From NCBI RefSeq assembly GCF_044324785.1, contig NZ_CP172127.1: a stretch of 64,000 nucleotides of DNA; one strand, 5' to 3'. The position numbers were made by a program, and so were the translations under genes. Shown here in pieces: positions 48,691 through 61,532 of this stretch (the first letter of the stretch is position 1; each line of letters starts with the position of its first letter). The notes beneath the pieces are model-generated. The model was not told the origin of the DNA. It made no database searches and was given only the letters and a program-made list of their open reading frames with translations. Origin of the DNA: Escherichia coli (GTDB lineage: Bacteria; Pseudomonadota; Gammaproteobacteria; Enterobacterales; Enterobacteriaceae).

Positions 48691-50402
48691 TGAGCGAAAA
48701 ACATCCAGGGCCTTTAGTGGTCGAAGGAAAACTGACAGACGCCGAGCGCATGAAGCTTGAAAGCAACTACCTGCGCGGCACCATTGCGGAAGATTTAAAC
48801 GACGGTCTGACCGGCGGCTTTAAGGGCGACAACTTCCTGCTGATCCGCTTCCACGGCATGTATCAGCAAGATGACCGCGACATCCGCGCCGAACGTGCTG
48901 AACAGAAGCTGGAGCCACGTCATGCAATGCTGTTGCGCTGTCGTCTGCCGGGTGGGGTGATTACCACCAAACAGTGGCAGGCGATCGATAAATTTGCCGG
49001 TGAAAACACCATCTATGGCAGCATTCGCCTGACCAACCGCCAGACGTTTCAGTTCCACGGCATTCTGAAAAAGAACGTCAAACCGGTGCACCAGATGCTG
49101 CACTCGGTCGGTCTTGATGCGCTGGCGACTGCTAACGACATGAACCGTAACGTACTCTGCACCTCGAACCCTTACGAGTCGCAGCTGCACGCGGAAGCCT
49201 ATGAATGGGCGAAGAAAATCTCTGAACATCTGCTGCCTCGTACCCGCGCGTATGCAGAGATCTGGCTCGATCAGGAAAAAGTCGCCACTACTGATGAAGA
49301 GCCGATCCTTGGTCAGACCTACCTGCCGCGTAAGTTCAAAACCACGGTAGTGATCCCGCCGCAGAACGATATCGATCTGCACGCCAACGACATGAACTTC
49401 GTGGCGATCGCCGAAAACGGCAAGCTGGTGGGCTTTAACCTGCTGGTGGGCGGTGGGCTTTCCATCGAGCACGGCAACAAGAAAACCTACGCCCGCACCG
49501 CGAGTGAGTTTGGCTATCTGCCGCTGGAGCATACACTGGCAGTGGCGGAAGCCGTCGTGACAACTCAGCGTGACTGGGGTAACCGAACCGATCGTAAAAA
49601 TGCCAAAACCAAATACACGCTGGAGCGCGTGGGGGTTGAGACGTTTAAAGCGGAAGTGGAGCGTCGCGCGGGGATCAAATTTGAACCGATCCGTCCGTAT
49701 GAGTTCACCGGACGCGGCGATCGTATTGGTTGGGTTAAGGGCATTGATGATAACTGGCACCTGACGCTGTTTATCGAAAATGGTCGCATCCTTGATTATC
49801 CGGGGCGTCCGCTGAAAACTGGCCTGCTGGAGATCGCGAAGATCCACAAAGGTGATTTCCGCATTACGGCGAACCAGAATCTGATCATCGCCGGTGTGCC
49901 GGAAAGCGAGAAAGCGAAGATCGAGAAGATCGCCAAAGAGAGCGGGTTAATGAATGCCGTCACGCCGCAGCGTGAAAACTCAATGGCCTGCGTGTCATTC
50001 CCGACTTGCCCGCTGGCGATGGCCGAAGCCGAGCGTTTCCTGCCGTCTTTTATCGACAACATCGATAATTTAATGGCGAAACATGGTGTCAGCGATGAGC
50101 ATATCGTGATGCGTGTAACAGGCTGCCCGAACGGTTGTGGTCGCGCGATGCTGGCGGAAGTGGGCCTGGTGGGTAAAGCGCCGGGTCGCTACAACCTACA
50201 TCTTGGCGGCAACCGCATTGGGACACGTATCCCACGGATGTATAAAGAAAACATCACCGAGCCGGAAATCCTGGCGTCGCTTGATGAACTGATAGGGCGC
50301 TGGGCGAAAGAGCGCGAAGCGGGTGAAGGCTTCGGCGACTTTACGGTGCGTGCGGGCATCATTCGCCCGGTGCTCGATCCGGCGCGCGATTTGTGGGATT
50401 AA
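48690..50402 (+). CDS. cysI: Sulfite reductase [NADPH] hemoprotein beta-component
   Basis: 570-aa [39 protein letters not shown]...; start overlaps the cysJ stop. Confidence 0.96.
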   Translation: MSEKHPGPLVVEGKLTDAERMKLESNYLRGTIAEDLNDGLTGGFKGDNFLLIRFHGMYQQDDRDIRAERAEQKLEPRHAMLLRCRLPGGVITTKQWQAIDKFAGENTIYGSIRLTNRQTFQFHGILKKNVKPVHQMLHSVGLDALATANDMNRNVLCTSNPYESQLHAEAYEWAKKISEHLLPRTRAYAEIWLDQEKVATTDEEPILGQTYLPRKFKTTVVIPPQNDIDLHANDMNFVAIAENGKLVGFNLLVGGGLSIEHGNKKTYARTASEFGYLPLEHTLAVAEAVVTTQRDWGNRTDRKNAKTKYTLERVGVETFKAEVERRAGIKFEPIRPYEFTGRGDRIGWVKGIDDNWHLTLFIENGRILDYPGRPLKTGLLEIAKIHKGDFRITANQNLIIAGVPESEKAKIEKIAKESGLMNAVTPQRENSMACVSFPTCPLAMAEAERFLPSFIDNIDNLMAKHGVSDEHIVMRVTGCPNGCGRAMLAEVGLVGKAPGRYNLHLGGNRIGTRIPRMYKENITEPEILASLDELIGRWAKEREAGEGFGDFTVRAGIIRPVLDPARDLWD

Positions 50403-50418
50403 CCATCAGCCCGGTCTT

Positions 50419-50455
50419 GTAGGCCTGATAAGACGCGTGAGCGTCGCATCAGGCA
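50419..50455. repeat. REP element
   Basis: gtaggcctgataagacgcgtgagcgtcgcatcaggca palindromic unit in the cysI-cysH gap. Confidence 0.7.
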
Positions 50456-50475
50456 AGGCAAACAGTGAGGAATCT

Positions 50476-51210
50476 ATGTCCAAACTCGATCTAAACGCCC
50501 TGAACGAACTGCCGAAGGTAGATCGCATTCTGGCGCTTGCAGAAACTAACGCCGAACTGGAAAAACTGGATGCTGAAGGCCGCGTTGCCTGGGCGCTGGA
50601 TAATCTGCCCGGTGAATATGTACTTTCTTCCAGTTTCGGCATTCAGGCGGCGGTGAGCCTGCATCTGGTGAATCAGATTCACCCGGATATCCCGGTGATC
50701 CTGACCGATACGGGTTATCTGTTCCCGGAAACCTACCGCTTTATTGACGTGTTAACGGACAAACTCAAGCTCAACCTGAAAGTGTACCGAGCTACCGAAA
50801 GCGCCGCCTGGCAGGAAGCACGCTACGGCAAACTGTGGGAGCAGGGCGTTGAAGGCATTGAAAAGTACAATGACATCAACAAAGTCGAACCGATGAACCG
50901 GGCGCTGAAAGAACTGAATGCGCAAACGTGGTTTGCTGGCCTGCGCCGCGAACAATCCGGCAGTCGCGCCAATTTACCGGTGCTGGCAATTCAGCGTGGC
51001 GTATTTAAAGTGCTGCCGATTATCGACTGGGATAACCGAACGATATATCAGTATCTGCAAAAACATGGCCTGAAATATCATCCATTATGGGACGAAGGAT
51101 ATTTATCCGTCGGTGATACCCATACAACCCGTAAATGGGAACCCGGCATGGCGGAAGAAGAAACGCGTTTCTTTGGCTTAAAAAGGGAATGTGGGCTGCA
51201 CGAAGGGTAA
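50476..51210 (+). CDS. cysH: Phosphoadenosine phosphosulfate (PAPS) reductase
   Basis: ORF 50323-51210; start at the ATG giving [31 protein letters not shown]... (244 aa); upstream in-frame extension runs through the REP and is not credible. Confidence 0.94.
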   Translation: MSKLDLNALNELPKVDRILALAETNAELEKLDAEGRVAWALDNLPGEYVLSSSFGIQAAVSLHLVNQIHPDIPVILTDTGYLFPETYRFIDVLTDKLKLNLKVYRATESAAWQEARYGKLWEQGVEGIEKYNDINKVEPMNRALKELNAQTWFAGLRREQSGSRANLPVLAIQRGVFKVLPIIDWDNRTIYQYLQKHGLKYHPLWDEGYLSVGDTHTTRKWEPGMAEEETRFFGLKRECGLHEG

Positions 51211-51474
51211 ATATTGCCGGATAAATTAAACGCCTCTGTCAGAAATGATGGGGGCGTTTTTATTTTGCGAGCAGCATTCCGGCATTTAAAGGTGAACATC
51301 GCAGGGAGAATTAACAGGTATAGAATGGAGTTGGGTGCTTGAGGCTGTCTGGCGTTAAGCATTCGCGAGGTTCCAGATGGACAAAAGCCCCAGGCGATAT
51401 TTCTATCAACCTGAGGCCAGCGTTCGAACCTAAGCAATTCGAATGTTAGTCTCTTCTTTGCAGGGAGGCAAGAC

Positions 51475-51627
51475 ATGCTGACAAAATATGCCCTTGTGGC
51501 AATCATCGTACTGTGTTGTACAGTACTGGGATTCACGCTGATGGTAGGCGACTCGTTGTGTGAGTTGAGTATCAGAGAACGTGGTATGGAGTTTAAGGCA
51601 GTTCTCGCTTACGAATCGAAGAAGTAG
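51475..51627 (+). CDS. Hok/Gef-family type I toxin (small membrane peptide)
   Basis: 50-codon [53 protein letters not shown] preceded by SD gggagg; N-terminal TM helix, LCE motif and C-terminal AYES motif as in Hok/HokC(Gef) (MK...LCE...AYES); not in the supplied ORF track (below its length cut-off); corresponds to the position where K-12 carries a sok-like sRNA annotation (recalled). Confidence 0.75.
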   Translation: MLTKYALVAIIVLCCTVLGFTLMVGDSLCELSIRERGMEFKAVLAYESKK

Positions 51628-51821
51628 CCACCACGCGGGGGTAAAACCCCGCGTACTGAATTGTGATGGTTTGGTCTCCTGCACCCTTTTTTAATTTATA
51701 TTGTTTATGTGAATATTATGCCTATGTTTATTATTCATATATATTACGGATGAAAATTATTTGATTATTCATAATGTAAATATTTTATTGAACGATATAT
51801 ATCACAGATAATTTTTAATAT

Positions 51822-54521
51822 ATGCGTAAATATCCTTTAAGTTTACTGAAGGATAAAAATATTGTGACTTTTTTTGATTTCTGGGGAAAAACCCGACGCG
51901 GCGAGAAAGACGGGGGCGACGACTATCACCTTCTTTGCTGGCATTCGCTGGATGTAGCCGCGATGGGCTATTTAATGGTTAAAAGCAATTGCTTCGGGCT
52001 GGCTGACTATTTTCGTCAACTAGGTTTCGCTGATACGGAGCAGGCAGCACAATTTTTCGCCTGGCTATTGTGCTGGCACGATACTGGAAAATTTGCCCGC
52101 TCTTTTCAGCAACTTTACCTGCACCCGCAACTCAAGGTTCCGGAAAGCTCTAGAAAAAATTACGAAAAAATCTCTCATTCAACGCTGGGTTACTGGTTGT
52201 GGCACCATTATTTAAGTGAATGCGAAGAATTGCTTCCTGCATCTTCACTCTCTCCGCGCAAGCTCAAACGGGTAATAGATATGTGGATGCCCATAACTAC
52301 CGGGCATCATGGTCGGCCTCCTGACCGTATGGATGAACTGGACAACTTTCTGCCTGAAGACAAAGCTGCCGCACGAGATTTTCTCCTTGCAATCAAGGCA
52401 CTGTTTCCGCTCATAGAGATCCCCACATTCTGGGATGATGACGAGGGCGTTGAACTCATAAAACAACTTTCCTGGTATATCTCTGCAACCGTCGTACTCG
52501 CAGACTGGACGGGATCGTCAGCGCGATTTTTTCCACGCGTCGCGCAGGCAATGGATATTGAAGATTACTGGCAGAAGGCTTTAGTTCAGGCTCAAAACGC
52601 ATTAACCGTCTTTCCTCCAAAAGCACAAACCGCGCCTTTCACCGGAATTAATACGCTGTTTCCTTTTATTGAGCACTCGACACCGTTACAGCAAAAGGTG
52701 CTGGATCTGGATATCAGCCAGCCTGGGCCACAGTTATTTATTCTGGAGGATGTGACTGGCGCAGGTAAAACAGAAGCGGCGCTTATCCTGGCCCACAGGT
52801 TGATGGCTGCGGGGAAAGCACAGGGTTTGTTTTTTGGCCTGCCAACAATGGCAACGGCCAATGCCATGTACGATCGGCTGGTCAAAACCTGGCTTGCTTT
52901 CTATTCGCCACAATCCCGCCCCAGCCTGGTGCTGGCACACAGTGCCCGCACATTAATGGATCGCTTTAATGAATCACTCTGGTCCGGTGATTTAGTCGGG
53001 TCAGAAGAACCGGATGAACAAACGTTCAGTCAGGGATGTGCGGCCTGGTTTGCCGACAGTAACAAGAAGGCGTTGCTGGCTGAAATTGGCGTCGGCACTT
53101 TGGATCAGGCGATGATGGCGGTGATGCCGTTCAAACATAATAATCTGCGGCTTCTGGGGCTGAGTAATAAAATCCTGCTGGCTGATGAGATCCACGCCTG
53201 TGACGCTTACATGTCATGCATTCTTGAAGGGCTGATCGAGCGGCAGGCGCGTGGCGGAAACAGCGTCATTTTGCTTTCTGCCACGTTATCTCAACAGCAG
53301 CGCGACAAACTCGTTGCTGCCTTTGCGCGTGGTACAGAGGGCCAGCAAGAAGCTCCGTTCCTGGAAAAGGATGATTACCCCTGGCTGACGCACGTTACGA
53401 AATCCGATGTGCATTCACACCGGGTAGCGACGCGCAAAGACGTTGAGCGTAGCGTGAGCGTGGGTTGGCTTCATAGCGAACAAGAATGTATTGCGCGTAT
53501 CGAATCGGCAGTAAGTCAGGGGAAATGCATCGCCTGGATCCGGAATTCTGTCGATGACGCTATTAAGGTTTATCGTCAGTTGCTTGCCCGCGGCGTCATT
53601 CCTGCTTCCAGCCTTTCTCTGTTTCATAGCCGCTTTGCTTTTAGCGATCGCCAGCGAATTGAAACGGAAACGCTGGCACGCTTCGGTAAAAGTTGTAGTT
53701 TACAGAGATCATCGCAAGTCATTGTTTGTACACAAGTAATTGAACAAAGTGTGGATATTGACCTGGACGAAATGATATCCGACCTGGCCCCTGTTGATTT
53801 GCTGATCCAACGGGCGGGGCGATTACAGCGGCATATCCGCGATATTAATGGTCAGTTAAAGCGTGACGGAAAAGACGAGCGTTCCCCTCCTGAATTGCTG
53901 ATTCTGGCCCCCGTCTGGGACGACGCTCCAGGTGACGAATGGTTCGGCAGTGCCATGCGTAACAGTGCATATGTCTATCCCGATCATGGACGAATCTGGC
54001 TGACGCAGCGTGTACTGCGTGAGCAAGGCGCTATTCAAATGCCACACGCAGCCCGCCTTCTTATTGAATCAGTCTACGGTGAGGACGTGGTAATGCCGGA
54101 AGGATTTGCCCGCAGCGAGCAGGAACAAGTGGGCAAATATTACTGCGATCGCGCAATGGCTAAAAAGTTTGTGCTGAACTTCAGGCCCGGCTATGCCGCC
54201 AATATCAACGATTACCTCCCGGAAAAACTGTCGACACGTCTGTCTGAGGAGTCTGTTTCCCTGTGGCTGTCTACCTGTATTGCCGGTGTGGTAAAGCCTT
54301 ATGCCAACGGTGCTCACGCATGGGAAATGAGCGTTGTCAGAGTGCGTCGAAGCTGGTGGAAAAAACATCGCGATGAGTTTTCTTTACTGGAAGGGGATGC
54401 GTTCAGACAGTGGTGCGTTGAACAGCGGCAAGATCCGGAGATGGCAAATGTGATTTTAGTTACCGATGACGAAAGTTGCGGGTATTCGGCTACGGAGGGA
54501 TTGATAGGTAAGGTTGATTGA
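51822..54521 (+). CDS. cas3: Cas3 helicase-nuclease (type I-E)
   Basis: 899-aa ORF with HD nuclease N-terminal region (HSLDVA...), DEAD-like helicase Walker A (EDVTGAGKTEAA) and DExH box (LLADEIHACD); an alternative GTG start at 51864 is possible. Confidence 0.93.
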   Translation: MRKYPLSLLKDKNIVTFFDFWGKTRRGEKDGGDDYHLLCWHSLDVAAMGYLMVKSNCFGLADYFRQLGFADTEQAAQFFAWLLCWHDTGKFARSFQQLYLHPQLKVPESSRKNYEKISHSTLGYWLWHHYLSECEELLPASSLSPRKLKRVIDMWMPITTGHHGRPPDRMDELDNFLPEDKAAARDFLLAIKALFPLIEIPTFWDDDEGVELIKQLSWYISATVVLADWTGSSARFFPRVAQAMDIEDYWQKALVQAQNALTVFPPKAQTAPFTGINTLFPFIEHSTPLQQKVLDLDISQPGPQLFILEDVTGAGKTEAALILAHRLMAAGKAQGLFFGLPTMATANAMYDRLVKTWLAFYSPQSRPSLVLAHSARTLMDRFNESLWSGDLVGSEEPDEQTFSQGCAAWFADSNKKALLAEIGVGTLDQAMMAVMPFKHNNLRLLGLSNKILLADEIHACDAYMSCILEGLIERQARGGNSVILLSATLSQQQRDKLVAAFARGTEGQQEAPFLEKDDYPWLTHVTKSDVHSHRVATRKDVERSVSVGWLHSEQECIARIESAVSQGKCIAWIRNSVDDAIKVYRQLLARGVIPASSLSLFHSRFAFSDRQRIETETLARFGKSCSLQRSSQVIVCTQVIEQSVDIDLDEMISDLAPVDLLIQRAGRLQRHIRDINGQLKRDGKDERSPPELLILAPVWDDAPGDEWFGSAMRNSAYVYPDHGRIWLTQRVLREQGAIQMPHAARLLIESVYGEDVVMPEGFARSEQEQVGKYYCDRAMAKKFVLNFRPGYAANINDYLPEKLSTRLSEESVSLWLSTCIAGVVKPYANGAHAWEMSVVRVRRSWWKKHRDEFSLLEGDAFRQWCVEQRQDPEMANVILVTDDESCGYSATEGLIGKVD

Positions 54522-54547
54522 GATGCCCTGGCGTCGGATGACGCCAG

Positions 54548-54576
54548 GGCTTATCCCCGCTGACGCGGGGAACAGG
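54548..54576 (-). repeat. Solitary CRISPR-repeat-like sequence in inverted orientation downstream of cas3
   Basis: Minus-strand reading cctgttccccgcgtcagcggggataagcc matches the array repeat at 25 of 27 aligned positions; immediately preceded by a second perfect hairpin gccctggcgtc-ggat-gacgccagggc (54525-54550). Confidence 0.8.
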
Positions 54577-54950
54577 AGCATAAAATGATATACGTGTATC
54601 ACTAACTTGGTTAATCCCTTAGACAGGGAACTGAAGACGTTTATATCAAAAATAAGGGTTATTCGAAATAAAGAAAATCTCTAAGAGTTATTGATATACG
54701 TAACAATGTCCGGAAGCAGAGTTGAAAAACCTTTTGATAAAGAATACTTTGGTTTTTATTAAGTGATAGAGCCTGAGCGAAAAGGATTATAGAAAATTAT
54801 CTTTATATATTCGTGTGATTTATTGATTATTTAATAATAATCTAATTTTCAATATATTCATTTAATATGATGTAATCTCTCTTTTCGATTGATTCTTGAA
54901 TATGGTGATGGACAACCTACCATGGATGGTCTTATTTGCGAGGAAAGCGT
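54577..54950 (+). promoter_or_regulatory. cas3-cse1 intergenic region, expected Cascade operon promoter (Pcas; H-NS/LeuO-controlled in K-12)
   Basis: About 370 bp of strongly AT-rich non-coding DNA upstream of cse1 with a good RBS (gagga) before the ATG at 54951; promoter elements not mapped. Confidence 0.5.
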
Positions 54951-56509
54951 ATGGAATTTTTTTCAATTATAACAACCCCGTGGTTGCCCGTTCGTTATAA
55001 AGACGGAACGACAGGCAAACTGGCGCCAGTCGATCTGGCGGATGAAAATGTTGTCGATATCGCTGCGCCGCGGGCAGATCTCCAGGGGGCGGCCTGGCAG
55101 TTTTTGCTGGGGCTACTACAAACCAGCTTCGCGCCAAAAGATCATCGTCGTTGGGATGATATCTGGGAAGACGGACTGGAAGCTGAAAAGCTACGGGAAG
55201 CATTGCTATCTTTAGAACATGCTTTCCAGTTTGGCCCAGATTCCCCTTCATTTATGCAGGATTTCGAGGCGCTCACGGGAGATAAAGTTCAGATCGCTTC
55301 GCTACTGCCTGAGATTCCCGGCGCTCAAACAACGAAGTTTAATAAAGACCACTTTATTAAACGTGGCGTGACTGAACACGTATGCCCTCATTGTTCTGCG
55401 TTAGCTCTGTTCTCCCTACAGTTAAATGCACCGTCAGGCGGCAAAGGCTATCGCACCGGTTTACGCGGCGGTGGGCCGATGACCACTCTGATTGAATTAC
55501 AGGAATATCAGGGCAATCAACAAACGCCATTGTGGCGCAAACTGTGGCTCAACGTGATGCCGCAGGATGAAGCCGACTTACCGCTACCCAAAAAATTTGA
55601 CGATCTGGTTTTCCCCTGGCTTGGCCCGACGCGTACCAGCGAACTGACCGGTGCGGTGGTAACCGATGATCAGGTTAATAAACTCCAGGCGTACTGGGGA
55701 ATGCCACGGCGTATTCGTATTGATTTTAATACCACGACAGTCGGCAACTGCGATATTTGCGGTGAGCAGAGCGACGCGCTGCTAAGCCTGATGACGACCA
55801 AAAATTACGGCGCTAACTATGCCATGTGGCTGCATCCCTTAACGCCTTACCGTGTACCCCTTAAAGAGGGTGGCGAGTTTTACTCGGTCAAACCACAACC
55901 GGGCGGTTTAATCTGGCGCGACTGGTTAGGCCTTATCGAAACGGGTAAGTCAGAAAACAATACGGAACTTCCTGCACTGGTGGTGAAACTCTTTAATGCC
56001 AGCAGTCTGAAACAGGCAAAAGTGGGCCTGTGGGGATTTGGTTATGATTTTGACAACATGAAAGCGCGCTGTTGGTACGAACACCATTTCCCGCTACTGC
56101 TCAATAAAAAAGAAGGCCAGATACCGAAGCTGCGGCTGGCTGCGCAAACGGCTTCACGGATTCTGAGTCTGTTACGGAGTGCATTGAAAGAAGCATGGTT
56201 CTCCGATCCAAAAGGTGCAAGGGGTGATTTCAGTTTTGTGGATATCGACTTCTGGAACAAAACTCAGCATCGCTTCCTGAGGTTAGTGCGCCAAATTGAA
56301 GAAGGTCAGGATGCGGATGAATTACTCGGCAAATGGCAAAAGGAAATTTGGTTATTCGCGCGTCAGGATTTTGACGAGCGTGTATTCACTAATCCTTATG
56401 AGCCCGTTGATTTGAAACGCGTCATGACCGCGCGCAAGAAATATTTTACAACATCGGCGGAGAAGCAAAGTGCTAAAGCCGCCAGGGAGAAAAAGCAGGA
56501 GGCTGCTGA

Positions 56510-56513
<4 letters not shown>
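54951..56513 (+). CDS. casA: Cse1 / CasA (Cas8e), Cascade large subunit
   Basis: ORF 54936-56513; start chosen at MEFFSIITTPWLPVRYKDG... after RBS; first gene after cas3, about 520 aa; highly divergent from the K-12 CasA sequence as I recall it. Confidence 0.85.
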
Positions 56514-58116
<1,603 letters not shown>

Positions 58117-58126
58117 GGGGCGGCTA

Positions 58127-58873
58127 ATGAGCCAATATTTGATTTTTCAGCTTCATGGGCCAATGGCATCCTGGGGCGTCGATGCCCCCGGCGAAGTGCG
58201 TCATACCCATGAACTGCCTTCGCGCTCAGCATTGCTGGGGCTGCTGGCTGCCGGGGTAGGGATTCGGCGTGATGATACCGAACGATTAAACGCGTTTAAC
58301 CGCCACTATTCACTGGTGGTTTGCGCCAGCCGTAACCCGCGCTGGGCACGGGATTATCACACGGTCCAGATGCCAAAAGAGGTGCGTAAAGCGCGTTATT
58401 TCAGCCGTCGCGAAGAGTTGAGCGCCCCTGATCTTCTGAGCGCGATTATCTCCCGGCGCGACTACTACACCGATGCCTGGTGGATGGTGGCGGTGGCAAC
58501 AACCCCCGATGCGCCTTACAGCCTTGAACAGTTGCAGGACGGTTTACGTCATCCGGTTTTTCCGCTTTATCTGGGGCGAAAAAGTCATCCGCTGGCGTTA
58601 CCACTTGCGCCGTTACTGCTCGAAGGCAACGCGTCTGATGTCTTACGTAACGCATACCAACAGTATCAGGATAGTTTCCGCGAACTGAAAGTCTCACTCC
58701 CGAAACTTCAGGATGAATGCTGGTGGGAAGGGGAACACGACGGCCTGGTCGCGAGCAAAATATTACGTCGCCGGGATGTTCCTTTAAATCGTCAGCAGTG
58801 GCTGTTTGGGGAACGCACCATCAATCAGGGGCCGTGGCTCAGCAAGGAGGAACCATGTACCTCTCAAGAATAA
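58127..58873 (+). CDS. casD: Cas5e / CasD
   Basis: 248-aa ORF MSQYLIFQLHGPMASWGVDAPGEVRHT...SRSALLGLLAAGVGIRRDDT..., alignable to K-12 CasD (MRSYLILRLAGPMQAWGQPT...). Confidence 0.88.
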   Translation: MSQYLIFQLHGPMASWGVDAPGEVRHTHELPSRSALLGLLAAGVGIRRDDTERLNAFNRHYSLVVCASRNPRWARDYHTVQMPKEVRKARYFSRREELSAPDLLSAIISRRDYYTDAWWMVAVATTPDAPYSLEQLQDGLRHPVFPLYLGRKSHPLALPLAPLLLEGNASDVLRNAYQQYQDSFRELKVSLPKLQDECWWEGEHDGLVASKILRRRDVPLNRQQWLFGERTINQGPWLSKEEPCTSQE

Positions 58874-59501
58874 CCTTACATACCGGCCAGCTTTCGCCTG
58901 CGCAGTTGCTGCATTTGGTGGATCGCGGTGAATATGTAATGCATCAGTGGCTGTGGGATCTTTTTCCTGGCGGCAAAGAAAGGCAATTTCTTTATCGTCG
59001 GGAAGAACTCCAGGGGGCGTTTCGCTTTTTTGTCCTGTCGCAGGAACGCCCGGCGGAAAGTGATATTTTCACCATCGAATGCCGACCATTTGCGCCAGAG
59101 TTGCGTACCGGACAATCCCTTTGTTTCAACCTCCGGGCGAATCCAACAATTTGTAAAGCGGGCAAACGCCACGACTTGCTGATGGAGGCGAAACGGCAGG
59201 TGAGGGGGCAGGTGGAAGGAAGTGATGTCTGGTTGCATCAACAACAGGCTGCGCTGGACTGGCTGGCAGCGCAGGGGGAGAGAAGCGGTTTTACACTGCT
59301 GGATACTTCGGTTGATGCCTACCGACAACAGCAACTGCGGCGGGAAAACTCCCGGCAACTGATCCAGTTCAGTAGCGTGGATTATACGGGGATGCTTACG
59401 GTCACCGATCCTGGGTTATTTCTGCAACGTCTCAGTCAGGGGTATGGCAAAAGCCGGGCGTTCGGTTGTGGTCTGATGCTGATCAAACCCGGAGCAGAGG
59501 C

Positions 59502-59505
<4 letters not shown>
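58855..59505 (+). CDS. casE: Cas6e / CasE crRNA endoribonuclease
   Basis: Start at ATG 58855 after RBS aaggagg; MYLSRITLHTGQLSPAQLLHLVD... (K-12 CasE begins MYLSKVII...); overlaps the cas5 3' end by 19 nt; 216 aa. Confidence 0.88.
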
Positions 59506-60715
<1,210 letters not shown>

Positions 60716-60811
60716 GTTATCCGTTCTTTAAAAATAAGGAAATGTTTTAATTTAGTTGGTAGATTGTTGATGCGGAATAAATTTGTTTAAAAACAGTTAT
60801 GTATGCTTAGT
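60716..60811 (+). promoter_or_regulatory. CRISPR leader (array at 60812-61512)
   Basis: AT-rich 96 bp between the cas2 stop and the first repeat (…ggaaatgttttaatttagttggtagattgttgatgcggaataaatttgtttaaaaacagttatgtatgcttagt). Confidence 0.75.
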
Positions 60812-61512
60812 GTGTTCCCCGCGCCAGCGGGGATAAACCGTTTCACCGTCGTTCCGTCCGCGCGCTTAGCCTGTGTTCCCCGCGCCAGCGGGGATAAACC
60901 GATTGCGCGGACCGGGCCAGCGCGTCGATTTCTGTGTTCCCCGCGCCAGCGGGGATAAACCGGTGACGACGATCCCAACGCTGCAAAAGGTTAAGTGTTC
61001 CCCGCGCCAGCGGGGATAAACCGCCGTGCTCAATTCAACACCCGACACTGCGCGAGTGTTCCCCGCGCCAGCGGGGATAAACCGTTGTAATTTTGTTCAG
61101 TCTGGCCCATAGCGCGCGTGTTCCCCGCGCCAGCGGGGATAAACCGTTTTGTGAGTATCTTATTTGTCTGGCTCGGTGGTGTTCCCCGCGCCAGCGGGGA
61201 TAAACCGATCTGTTTGCAGATCAACAGGCCCGTAAGGACGTGTTCCCCGCGCCAGCGGGGATAAACCGATAACGCCCGCGCGATCTGGATTATCAGTTAC
61301 GTGTTCCCCGCGCCAGCGGGGATAAACCGCCCGACGGCAGTCGGAGATTAACTATATATGTGTGTTCCCCGCGCCAGCGGGGATAAACCGGGTAAAAACA
61401 CGGTCTGAACCGACATTCATGTGTGTTCCCCGCGTCAGCGGGGATAAACCGGACGCACTGGATGCGATGATGGATATCACTTAGAATTCCCCGCCCCTGC
61501 GGTAGAACTCGC
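60812..61512 (+). CRISPR. Type I-E CRISPR array, 12 repeats (11 canonical 29-bp GTGTTCCCCGCGCCAGCGGGGATAAACCG plus 1 degenerate terminal), 11 spacers of 32-33 bp
   Basis: Repeats start at 60812, 60873, 60934, 60995, 61056, 61118, 61179, 61240, 61301, 61362, 61423 (gcgTcagc variant) and degenerate 61484 (gaattccccgcccctgcggtagaactcgc). Confidence 0.97.
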
Positions 61513-61532
61513 AGCTCTCATTTTCAAACCCA

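Noticed and set aside
50323-50475. N-terminal extensions offered by the ORF track for cysH, gudX, gudD, ygcS, ygcW, ygcQ, ygcO, ygcN, queD, ygcG, cse1, cas6e and cas1
   Set aside because: The extensions run through REP elements, intergenic terminators or the preceding gene and lack RBSs; starts were placed at internal ATG/GTG codons that give the known protein N-termini and lengths.
51078-51684. Minus-strand ORFs 51078-51536 (152 aa) and 51430-51684 (84 aa) overlapping the cysH 3' end and the hok-like locus
   Set aside because: No recognisable protein similarity; they overlap cysH and the hok ORF antisense. Any function in this region on the minus strand is more likely a Sok-like antisense RNA than a protein.
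60787-61224. ORF-track entries inside the cas-proximal array (60787-60978, 60866-61048, 61030-61224, minus strand)
   Set aside because: Same repeat-derived peptide motifs (AVYPRWRGEH, GLSPLARGT); artefacts of the CRISPR repeat.
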